Positions 46,218 through 55,028 of a DNA stretch of 64,000 nucleotides are shown piece after piece (the first letter of the stretch is position 1; the number at the start of each line of letters is the position of its first letter). The stretch comes from Syntrophorhabdaceae bacterium (GTDB lineage: Bacteria; Desulfobacterota; Syntrophorhabdia; Syntrophorhabdales; Syntrophorhabdaceae), in NCBI GenBank assembly GCA_963665295.1, contig OY762209.1, positions 2,144,001-2,208,000 on the forward strand, given 5' to 3'. The notes beneath the pieces were generated by a model. That model saw nothing but the letters and a program-made list of their open reading frames with translations. It did no database searches and was not told the DNA's origin. Position numbers and translations under genes: made by a program.

Positions 46218-47684
46218 CTAAAACTGGAAATAGATAAACTGCTTCAACCCGAAATTACCGAGGAGGAGAACTGCAACGATAAGGCCGTAGTAGACCCCCC
46301 ACCGGAGCCACACCGGTTTCGCTCGAAGCATCTCACGCACGCTCCCCCTGGTCTGGAGGAGATGGACCGCCTCCATGGCAATAATCCCTGCAACGCCCAC
46401 GCAAAACTCAAAGAAGCGGGCTGAGATAAAAGAGGAGAGGGTGCGGGTTTCGCCCAACCCCGACGAACTTCCCCATTCCGTAAAAAGTCGGGAAACGATG
46501 AAAAACGCGTCCGAGATCGTGTTCGATTTGAAAAATATCCACGCAAAGGCCACGAGGATAAAGGTGAGTATCATCTTTATGCCCTTGTGAAGCACGGGGA
46601 ACCTGCTCAGGCCGGTCAAGGACACGACCCTGTCCCGTATGCCCTGGGTGAGCACTGAAGAGATATAGAAGCACCCGTGAACCGCGCCCCACACGATAAA
46701 GGTCCAGTTCGCCCCATGCCAGAGGCCGCTCACAAGGAATACGATCATCAGGTTGACATACCACCTGGGAACGGATATGCGATTTCCTCCCAGCGGTATA
46801 TAGAGATAGTCCCGGAACCACGTGGAGAGCGATATGTGCCAGCGTCTCCAGAATTCAGGGATGGACCGGGAAAAATACGGACGTTCAAAGTTGTTCATCG
46901 ATGTGTATCCGAAGACCTGGGCTATCCCTATGGCAATATCCGAGTACCCGGAAAAATCACAATAGATCTGGAAGGTGAAAAACAACGTGGCGAGGGCGAG
47001 GGTGGCGGCTCCATACTGCCCGGGTTTGCCATACACCTGGTCCACCATCACGGCGAGGGTATCGGCGATCACCATCTTCTGAAAAAAGCCCCACAATATG
47101 AGCTTGAGCCCGTCCGTGACACGCCTGTAGTCGAAACCGTGGGGCTCGTGAAACTGGGGGAGGAGCTTCGTGGACCGGTCGATGGGGCCCGCAATCAGTT
47201 GCGGGAAGAAGGCGACGAACAGGGCAAAGAGACCCACCTTTTTCTCGGGTTCTTTCTTCCCCCGGTACACATCGATGGTATAGTTCATGATCTTGAGGGT
47301 ATAGAATGAAATGCCCACGGGAAGGGCTATGGAAACGACAGGGATCGACAGGGGCAGATGGTAACGGGTGAAAAGGGCGCCCAGGGAGCCGCAAAAGAAG
47401 CCCAGGTATTTGAACAGAAAAAGAAGGCCCGCATTCGAAACGATACTCAGGGTGAGGATGCCCCTTTTCCTTCCCGGGCTCGTGGATTTTCCCAACCGGA
47501 TGGCGAGGTAATAGTTGAAGACGGTGAGAAAGGCAAGCAGTATGGCGTAGGCAGGCTCCCACGACACGTAGAACACGTAGCTTCCGAAGAGGAGGAGCTT
47601 CCACCGGAAACGGTCAGGCACCGCGAAATAAAGGGCGCCGAGGAGGGCAAAGAAAAGCAAAAACTCTATGGAGTTAAATAACAT
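46218..47684 (-). CDS. MBOAT O-acyltransferase (AlgI/DltB family)
   Basis: MLFNS, LPVGISFY, FFPQLIAGPI, DFSGYSD, FWRRWHISLS, LWHGA and FIYFQF motifs. Confidence 0.95.
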   Translation of the reverse strand: MLFNSIEFLLFFALLGALYFAVPDRFRWKLLLFGSYVFYVSWEPAYAILLAFLTVFNYYLAIRLGKSTSPGRKRGILTLSIVSNAGLLFLFKYLGFFCGSLGALFTRYHLPLSIPVVSIALPVGISFYTLKIMNYTIDVYRGKKEPEKKVGLFALFVAFFPQLIAGPIDRSTKLLPQFHEPHGFDYRRVTDGLKLILWGFFQKMVIADTLAVMVDQVYGKPGQYGAATLALATLFFTFQIYCDFSGYSDIAIGIAQVFGYTSMNNFERPYFSRSIPEFWRRWHISLSTWFRDYLYIPLGGNRISVPRWYVNLMIVFLVSGLWHGANWTFIVWGAVHGCFYISSVLTQGIRDRVVSLTGLSRFPVLHKGIKMILTFILVAFAWIFFKSNTISDAFFIVSRLFTEWGSSSGLGETRTLSSFISARFFEFCVGVAGIIAMEAVHLLQTRGSVREMLRAKPVWLRWGVYYGLIVAVLLLGNFGLKQFIYFQF

Positions 47685-47821
47685 AGTCTTGTCGTGGAAA
47701 CGGGATCGATCGTTTCAAGCCCTTCATTCTATCATATGAGGGGAAAAGTTCAAGGCAATTTCCAAAACGACAGCCAAAACGACACGTGGCTTCGCTTACG
47801 GCCGGGGTTGATCTCCCGCTC

Positions 47822-48175
47822 TTAAGCTCGCTTCTTTTGAATCAACTCGACATCGACCTCGCCCCCGAAGGCGTTCTCCAGGGCTCGCCCGAGGTTCTCG
47901 AAATCCTCCTCACGCTCCAGTTCCAGGACCAGTTCAGTCTCGTCGAGGACCTTCATCTTCGCAAACTCTTTCACCACTTCTATAACCCGGGCAGGATCGG
48001 TGGTGACCCATCCCTTCATGCGCCGGATAAGCTCCTCACCGCTGAACGACCTCTCGATGGTGAGTTGTACGTTCCTTCTCTTCGCTTCCCAGCCCACGAG
48101 GGCAGGCTGAACGATTTTCGGGGTCACCGGGTCATGCATGGCTGCACACCGGAACCATAATTTAGCCCTTATCAT
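47822..48175 (-). CDS. Hypothetical protein
   Basis: 117-aa ORF with GAGAGGAG RBS and backbone-like codon usage. Confidence 0.7.
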   Translation of the reverse strand: MIRAKLWFRCAAMHDPVTPKIVQPALVGWEAKRRNVQLTIERSFSGEELIRRMKGWVTTDPARVIEVVKEFAKMKVLDETELVLELEREEDFENLGRALENAFGGEVDVELIQKKRA

Positions 48176-48264
48176 TGTGCGCTCCTCTCATGTAGTTTCT
48201 TTACACCACTCAGGATAATTGTTTTACATGATCTCTGTCAAGAGTCAAGAAAAAGGGCAGGGAA

Positions 48265-49767
48265 TCAGGGGGCAGAGGGTATCCGGTAGAGCTTCAGGAA
48301 CTCTTCGCCGGTCCCGTATGCGGCAACGGGGGTCATGGGTTTCAGGCAGTTCGCGATAAAAGGATTTTCCTTTTCCACCTTTTCGTCAACCACTGCATAG
48401 CCGACCCCCTTTTCTTTCATATGGGCCATGATGGCGGGGCAGGTGGAAGCATCTTTTTCGTGGTAGGGAAGGTAATCCCACTCCCCTCTCGCATAGAAGG
48501 CAGTGATAGGCAGCCTCGAAGCCACGATCCGATGGGGATCGTGGGCAAGAAGATAGAGCCCCGCCTTCTTATTGAGGGCCCGGCCCTCGTCAGGCAGATT
48601 GATTCCCTGAAAAAGAGAAAGCCCTACGATTATCCCAAAAACCGCATAATACGTGATTTTGCCGTAACGAAACCTCCCGGTGAAAGACCGGAACGCAAAC
48701 AGCCCCCCTGCCATGAGGGGAAGGAGAAGGGGCATCAGCTCCACGTAAAGCCTCTTGGAAAAGGCGCTGGTCACCGCCATAGGCAGCATATGGAAGAGAA
48801 CCAATATCCCCACGAGCAGCCTGTACCGTTTTTCGGTCCGGGACACGCCAAGGACTGCGAGAAAGACAAACTGGGGCAATATACCGTTCAGAAGGTCATA
48901 GAATATAAAATGGATGCGCTTCAGGGCCCTTGACAGGGAGACGACCGGGAACAGGTATGAGTGGTAGACATTGGTTCTCGATGCATGGCCCTTGGCAAGG
49001 ATCGCCTTCTTGCTGAGGACGAGGAGGCCTGTCTCCAACTTCATCCAGTAGATGTACGCCCCGGTGAGAACGGCGAATGAGACGAAAAACAGGAAGAAGT
49101 GGAGAAACCTTTTCTTCGCCAGGAGCAACCCGGAGAGGGGAGCGACGTAGACCACGTACTCGGGCCTGGTGAGGTACGTGAGAGAAAGAAAGAAGCCGGA
49201 GGCCATTATATATTTCCGGCTGTCTTCGGTCCAGCCTTTGAAAAAGAGGAAGACCGTAACAAGGACCAGCAGGGTGGCCACCGATTCGGAAAGGGCCGAC
49301 GCGGAGTAGCGGACCAGGTAGGGGTTGATTGCCACGAAAAGAGCGCCGTAAAGGGCCGGGGCGTCCCCGAGCATGGTCCTGAAGAAGGAGAAGGCGAGAT
49401 ATACCAGGAGAAGGCCCGCGATGAGCGATATGATGACACCCGCCATTTCGAGGTCAGGTACTATAAGGTGGGCGAGTCCTATGAGAAGAGGGTAAAAAGG
49501 AGGAAAGACCCCCTTCAATCCTTCGCGGAATGCTCCCCGGGAGAAGGCGTCCCCCATGTCGGCATAGATGATTCCGTCCAGGTCGATGCACGATGCGGTC
49601 GCCACGTTGAGAATGCGCATTACCAGGGCAAGGCATATAATGAGGAAGAGAACGAGCCCCGGGTTGGGGATTTTCCGGTCTCCGTCGAACCCTAACCAGG
49701 AGTATACATTTGTGCGAAGCGTATCGATAACAGTCCTTCCAGTCTTTTCGGATATTCGTGGTATCAT
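48265..49767 (-). CDS. GT-C (ArnT/PMT-like) membrane glycosyltransferase
   Basis: DG..Y, PPFYPLL, SE and LTRPE motifs; many transmembrane segments and a soluble C-terminal domain. Confidence 0.8.
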   Translation of the reverse strand: MIPRISEKTGRTVIDTLRTNVYSWLGFDGDRKIPNPGLVLFLIICLALVMRILNVATASCIDLDGIIYADMGDAFSRGAFREGLKGVFPPFYPLLIGLAHLIVPDLEMAGVIISLIAGLLLVYLAFSFFRTMLGDAPALYGALFVAINPYLVRYSASALSESVATLLVLVTVFLFFKGWTEDSRKYIMASGFFLSLTYLTRPEYVVYVAPLSGLLLAKKRFLHFFLFFVSFAVLTGAYIYWMKLETGLLVLSKKAILAKGHASRTNVYHSYLFPVVSLSRALKRIHFIFYDLLNGILPQFVFLAVLGVSRTEKRYRLLVGILVLFHMLPMAVTSAFSKRLYVELMPLLLPLMAGGLFAFRSFTGRFRYGKITYYAVFGIIVGLSLFQGINLPDEGRALNKKAGLYLLAHDPHRIVASRLPITAFYARGEWDYLPYHEKDASTCPAIMAHMKEKGVGYAVVDEKVEKENPFIANCLKPMTPVAAYGTGEEFLKLYRIPSAP

Positions 49768-49915
49768 ACCATTTTTCCCGTGTGTGTGGAAAGCAGGATT
49801 TCCCCGGGGCCGCTCCGGGCGGCAGCGTTTTCACAGCGGATTGACAAGACCCGGCGCTGGTTGTAAACTTTCTTTACCGGATGGTTTCTTCAAATCTGAA
49901 GTGTCTTGAGGAGGT

Positions 49916-52660
49916 ATGATGCCCCCGCGCAGTTCAGGCTCAGGGCGCGACGATGCGCTGAATGAAGGGGCGGGCGAGGACCCTTGCACGAAGGAGGGAA
50001 GGGGCGGGTCCCTCACGGACATGGCAGGCCTTGCGAGTCCGGAGAAGAGACCGGATAGACACGGGGAAGATCTCGAAGAGTTGAGTGAGGTCCGCATAAC
50101 GGAGTTGCGGGCGGCCGTTCTACGGCTCCGGCAAGAGATCGCCGAACATGAGCGGGCGGAGGAGATGCTCCGGGAAAGGGAACAGAGGTATCGCGGCATG
50201 TTCGAGAATGCCGTGGAGGGCATATTTCAGACCACGCCGGAAGGTCATTTTCTGAGTGCCAACCCGGCCCTCGCCAGGATGTACGGTTTTGAGACCCCCG
50301 AAGAACTGATAGCGGCTGTCGGTGACATAAAGCACGACATGTACGTCGACCCCGTTGACCGGGAAAGGCTCAAAGGGCTTTACGAAAAGCGGAGCATGGT
50401 ATCGGGTTTCCAGACCAGGCTCTACCGCCGGGACAGGAGCATATTGTGGGTTTCCATGAATGCCAGGGCAGTGAGAAACGCCCAAGGCGCCATCGAATAC
50501 TACGAGGGCACTGTCGAAGACATTACCCACCGAAAAGCTGCCGAGGAAGCGGTCAGGAAAAGCGAGGCCAAATTCAGGACTCTTTTTGAGAATGCCAATG
50601 ATGCCATATTCCTCATCAGGGATGACATATTTGTGGACTGCAACTCCAAGACCCTCGACGTGTTTCATTGCACCCGCGATCAGATCATCGGCAAACCTCC
50701 CTATGTGTTCTCGCCGCCTCTCCAACCCGATGGCCGGGATTCAAAAGAAAAGGCCCTCGAAAAGATATGCACCTCTCTTACGGGTCACCCCCAGTTCTTT
50801 GAATGGAAACACCGCCGATATGACGGGACCCTTTTCGACGCCGAGGTGGGCCTCAATGCCCTGGAACTGGGCGGCGAGGTAGTCGTCCAGGCTATTGTCC
50901 GGGATGTTACGGGCCGCAAGGAGATGGAAGAAAGCCTTCAGTCGCGGCAGGAGGAGTTGACTGCCATATACGAGAATGCGCCCCTCATCATGCTCCTTGT
51001 GGACGGCGAACGACGCGTGTGCAAGACGAACAGGCATACGGAGGACTTCGTCAGGGCCTCCTCGACGGCTCTTGCGGGCCGCCGGGCCGGCGAAGCGCTG
51101 GGTTGCGTCCATGCCCTGGAAGACCCGCGTGGTTGCGGCTTCGGGACGTTCTGCGTCCAATGCCCCGTGCGGCGTGCTATTACGGAGACATTCGAAACGG
51201 GTCGCAGTTTTTATCAGATAGAGGTGTACCTGCAAACCACCGTTGAAGGCGAAGCCCGGGAAGCGGCTGCCCTTGTTTCTACGGTGCGGCTCAATGTCCG
51301 TGAAGAACCGATGGTTCTCGTGACGATCCAGAACATCACGGAGAGGAAACTGGCAGAGCAAAAGCTGGAAAGGACGAACAAGAGGCTTGAAAACATCATC
51401 GAGTTTCTTCCCGACGCAACCTTCATCGTCAACAAGGATAAGAAGATAGTGGCGTGGAACCGCGCCATAGAGGCAATGACGGGGGTGTTCAAAGAGGACA
51501 TCCTGGGGAAAGACCACGGCGAGGCGGCGGTCCCTTTCTACGGGGAACCGGGATCCCTCATCATGGACCTCATCGACTCGGGGGCGGGTGAGTTGGAAGG
51601 ACGATATGATTTTGTGGAGCGAAAAGACGGTGTAATCTATGCCGAGGTATTTTCGCCTGTCCTCTATGGCGGCAGGGGGGCTTATATCTGGGTTACCGCT
51701 TCCGCCCTTCCCGATGCGGACGGGGACGCGACAGGCACCATAGAGTCGATTCGTGATATTACCGAAAGGAAGAGGGCGGAAGAAGCGGTAAAGGAGAACG
51801 AGCGGAAATACAGGACCCTTTTTGAAAACGCCAATGACGCTATAATCCTCCTGAAGGAGGATGTGATGGTGGACTGCAATTCCAGGGCTGCGGACATGTT
51901 CCGGTGCGCGAAGAACGAGTTGATCGGGACAACCCCGTACCGGTTCTTCTCTGCCCTTCAGCCTGATGGAAGGGATTCAAGGCAGAGCGGGGCAAAGAGG
52001 ATACGCGCCGCCCTTGGAGGAAACCCGCAGTCTTTTGAATGGAAGCACCTGCGTCACGACGGGACCCCTTTCGATGCGGAGGTGAGCCTCAATGCGGTAG
52101 AATTGGGCGAGGGAGTGTTCCTCCAGGCAATCATCAGGGACATTACGGAGCGCAAGCAGATGGAAGAGAAGCTCCACACCATGTCGGTCGTGGATGAGCT
52201 TACGGGCCTGTTCAACAGGCGGGGGTTCCTCACCATGTCCCAGCAGCAACTGAGCCTTGCGGAAAGGACGAAGGAAACGATGGTCCTCTTCTTTATCGAC
52301 CTTGACGGCATGAAATGGATCAATGATACCCTGGGCCACCGCGAGGGGGATAAGGCATTGATCGAGGTGGCGGAAATCCTCAGGGACACCTTCAGAAAGT
52401 CGGACATTGCAGGCCGCATGGGCGGGGATGAATTCGCGGTCCTTGCGATAGACGGGACCGGCGGAGAAAAGGAAGCCCTCCGGCGCCTGCGTGAATCCGT
52501 CGACACCCGGAACGGGACCGGACCAAGGAGGTACAACCTCTCGTTGAGCGTGGGGCTGGCCTGCTTTGACCCGCAATCTCCCGTGCCCCTCGACGACCTT
52601 ATCTCGAAGGCCGACATCCTCATGTATGAGGAAAAAAGGGCTAAATATCGCGGTAAATGA
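49916..52660 (+). CDS. Multi-PAS diguanylate cyclase (start uncertain)
   Basis: Five PAS/PAC units; DELTGLFNRRG, DLDGMKWINDTLGH, RKSD I-site and GGDEF. Confidence 0.93.
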   Translation: MMPPRSSGSGRDDALNEGAGEDPCTKEGRGGSLTDMAGLASPEKRPDRHGEDLEELSEVRITELRAAVLRLRQEIAEHERAEEMLREREQRYRGMFENAVEGIFQTTPEGHFLSANPALARMYGFETPEELIAAVGDIKHDMYVDPVDRERLKGLYEKRSMVSGFQTRLYRRDRSILWVSMNARAVRNAQGAIEYYEGTVEDITHRKAAEEAVRKSEAKFRTLFENANDAIFLIRDDIFVDCNSKTLDVFHCTRDQIIGKPPYVFSPPLQPDGRDSKEKALEKICTSLTGHPQFFEWKHRRYDGTLFDAEVGLNALELGGEVVVQAIVRDVTGRKEMEESLQSRQEELTAIYENAPLIMLLVDGERRVCKTNRHTEDFVRASSTALAGRRAGEALGCVHALEDPRGCGFGTFCVQCPVRRAITETFETGRSFYQIEVYLQTTVEGEAREAAALVSTVRLNVREEPMVLVTIQNITERKLAEQKLERTNKRLENIIEFLPDATFIVNKDKKIVAWNRAIEAMTGVFKEDILGKDHGEAAVPFYGEPGSLIMDLIDSGAGELEGRYDFVERKDGVIYAEVFSPVLYGGRGAYIWVTASALPDADGDATGTIESIRDITERKRAEEAVKENERKYRTLFENANDAIILLKEDVMVDCNSRAADMFRCAKNELIGTTPYRFFSALQPDGRDSRQSGAKRIRAALGGNPQSFEWKHLRHDGTPFDAEVSLNAVELGEGVFLQAIIRDITERKQMEEKLHTMSVVDELTGLFNRRGFLTMSQQQLSLAERTKETMVLFFIDLDGMKWINDTLGHREGDKALIEVAEILRDTFRKSDIAGRMGGDEFAVLAIDGTGGEKEALRRLRESVDTRNGTGPRRYNLSLSVGLACFDPQSPVPLDDLISKADILMYEEKRAKYRGK

Positions 52661-52823
52661 CCAGCTGTGTCGCTTCAGGAAGGCTCGGGAAGACCCTGAT
52701 TGACAGAAACGGAAGAAATGAGGTAACGTACGGAAGCCGGAAGCAAGGGGGCCGTCAGACGGCTTCCAGGCGGCGGCCGGGCTTATCATCGCGAATAGCC
52801 GGGCCGGGGCACGGAGATATTCA

Positions 52824-53330
52824 TTGAAGAAACAGTGCTGTATCATCCTATGCATTCTTGCTTTGTTCTCCTGCGCGCGGAACCTGGCAGCGGAGAACCC
52901 CGTATTCGTGGGCTTTCTTGAGAAGATTTCGGTGCTGGAGGCGGAGCTTAAGCTGTTCGATGCGGAGATTACCCGTGCGGCGTACACCTCGCCTTCCAGG
53001 TACCGGTATTTTTCCCGCGTAGTGTCCATCGGGGGGAGAGACACGATTACGTGCATGCTCTATGTGTCGCCTTCGATCCTGAAGATTGCGCTCCCCGAGA
53101 GGAAAAAGCGGCTTGCCGAACTTTGCAGCAACCTTTTCGAAGACTATCAGAACAAGTTCTGGATGACGGAGACGGAGTCCAGGAAGATCCCCGGAGAGAT
53201 AGGGATGCCGTTGATGAGGATGAAATCCTGCAATGTGGACATGTACATATATACCGAGTATCCGCAGCCCCGGCTCCTGTCCACATGGGGATGCGGCATT
53301 ATGAAGTATAAGAAGGATTTTCTGAAGTAA
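52824..53330 (+). CDS. Hypothetical exported protein
   Basis: GGAG RBS with TTG start; signal-like N-terminus (LALFSC possible lipobox). Confidence 0.6.
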   Translation: MKKQCCIILCILALFSCARNLAAENPVFVGFLEKISVLEAELKLFDAEITRAAYTSPSRYRYFSRVVSIGGRDTITCMLYVSPSILKIALPERKKRLAELCSNLFEDYQNKFWMTETESRKIPGEIGMPLMRMKSCNVDMYIYTEYPQPRLLSTWGCGIMKYKKDFLK

Positions 53331-53557
53331 TGGGTTGAGGATGACCGGCGCTCTTTGCACGGGCGGCGGCGGTTTTCGGGATGAAGCAGGTCTGCCCCTT
53401 TGTTTGGCGGACCGGGCTGATTATTGTTTCTTGACATTTCCGTTGATATTCCAATAATATTTATTAGTCGGGCAGCGAATGGCCGGATGGTGCCGCGGGG
53501 AATAAGGATGGAATCCGGGTCCCGTGGAAATCAACACTGGAACAGGTGGATATCAAT

Positions 53558-54448
53558 ATGACAGTATTCTTTCGAAGATTGCCCAAATTCGAGTACCTTT
53601 CACCGAAGAGCATGGACGAGGCTCAGGCGGTCCTGAGCGTGAGGCAGGGCGCCGCCGCCCTCCTTGCCGGAGGCACGGACCTCATCCCCCAGTTGAAGCG
53701 GCGTGGGATCGACACGCCTGAGGTCCTGGTCGACCTTAAGAACATACCCGGTCTCGACGTCCTCTCTTACGACGAGAAAGGCGGGCTCAGCATCGGCCCC
53801 CTTGCCACCATCAGTGCGGTGGCCCATTCCCCCTTTGTTCAGGAGCGTTTCTCCGCGCTGGCCCTTGCCGCATCGAGCATGGCCTCTCCCCAGGTGAGAA
53901 ACCGGGGGACCATAGGGGGGAACATCTGTAACGCGGTTCCTTCGGCAGATAGCGCCCCGGCGCTTCTCGCCCTTGGCGCGTCGGTTACCCTCAGGGGGTC
54001 CGGAGGGGAGAGGATAGTCCCCATGGACCGGTTTTTCACCGGTCCCCGGAAGACGGTTCTCGAAAAGGATGAATTGCTCAGCGGGATATCCATCCCTTGC
54101 CCCGACCGGTTTGCCCGCGGCATATACCTCAAGCTTTCCCCCCGTCACTCCATGGACCTCGCCATAGTGGGCGTCGCGGCAGTAGGGAGTCTTGAAGACG
54201 GCATATGCAAGGATGTAAAGATCGCCCTCGGTGCGGTGGCCCCCACTCCGGTAAGAGCCCTCACAGCCGAAGCGATCCTTAAGGGGCAAAAGGTAACGGC
54301 CGGACTTATCGAAGAGGCGGCGAGAAACGCCCTTAACCTGTGCAGTCCCATAGATGATCACCGGGCGTCCAGGGAATACCGTTGCGACATGGTATATGTG
54401 ATGGCGCGGAGGGCGCTCAGGCGGATTTTTCTCGCAGGGGAGGCATAA
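53558..54448 (+). CDS. Xanthine dehydrogenase family FAD-binding (medium) subunit
   Basis: AGGTDL, QVRNRGTIGGN..NAVPSAD, GAVAPTP and PIDDHRAS..YR motifs. Start may be 53546. Confidence 0.93.
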   Translation: MTVFFRRLPKFEYLSPKSMDEAQAVLSVRQGAAALLAGGTDLIPQLKRRGIDTPEVLVDLKNIPGLDVLSYDEKGGLSIGPLATISAVAHSPFVQERFSALALAASSMASPQVRNRGTIGGNICNAVPSADSAPALLALGASVTLRGSGGERIVPMDRFFTGPRKTVLEKDELLSGISIPCPDRFARGIYLKLSPRHSMDLAIVGVAAVGSLEDGICKDVKIALGAVAPTPVRALTAEAILKGQKVTAGLIEEAARNALNLCSPIDDHRASREYRCDMVYVMARRALRRIFLAGEA

Positions 54449-54454
54449 CACAAT

Positions 54455-54958
54455 ATGAAACGGATAACATTCACGGTAAACGACACGCCCTATGAGATTG
54501 AAGTGCGACCGTGGGCCGCGCTCCTTGACGTGATAAGAGAGGACCTGGGCCTCACCGGCACAAAAGAGGGATGCGGAGAAGGCGAATGCGGGGCCTGCAC
54601 CGTCATTATGGACGGCAAGACGGTAAATGCCTGCCTGATTCTCGCGGCCGAGGCGGATCACACTCACATTACCACCATCGAAGGGCTCGCAAAGGGCGGA
54701 GATCTCCATCCCATACAGGAAGCATTCGTGGAAACAGGCGGTTTGCAGTGCGGGTTCTGTACCCCCGGAATGATCCTCTCCGCAAAGGTGCTCCTCGACG
54801 TCAATCCCGCGCCCACGGACCAGGAGATAAGGGAAGCCCTGGCAGGGAACTTCTGCCGCTGCACAGGCTATACGAAGATATTTGAATCGGTGAGGGTAGC
54901 CTCCCGGAAGATGCAAAGCACCAGCGAACATGGTTCGCGCGAAGGGGAGGCTCCATGA
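54455..54958 (+). CDS. Xanthine dehydrogenase family 2x[2Fe-2S] (small) subunit
   Basis: GCGEGECGAC, QCGFCTPG and NFCRCTGY motifs. Confidence 0.95.
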   Translation: MKRITFTVNDTPYEIEVRPWAALLDVIREDLGLTGTKEGCGEGECGACTVIMDGKTVNACLILAAEADHTHITTIEGLAKGGDLHPIQEAFVETGGLQCGFCTPGMILSAKVLLDVNPAPTDQEIREALAGNFCRCTGYTKIFESVRVASRKMQSTSEHGSREGEAP

Positions 54959-55028
54959 ACTTTGCTCGCGGAGGGGGCGACGTGAGCCCCGGAGTCCAAG
55001 TATTACCTAAACTTAAGGGTGTGAATAT

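Noticed and set aside
52672..52730. Fourth copy of the island repeat (GCTTCAGGAAGG; also at 32024)
   Set aside because: Only about 12 bp match and the conserved 3' core is absent.
53440..53557. Moco riboswitch upstream of the molybdoenzyme operon
   Set aside because: No recognisable conserved motif or convincing stems; an Infernal scan would be needed.
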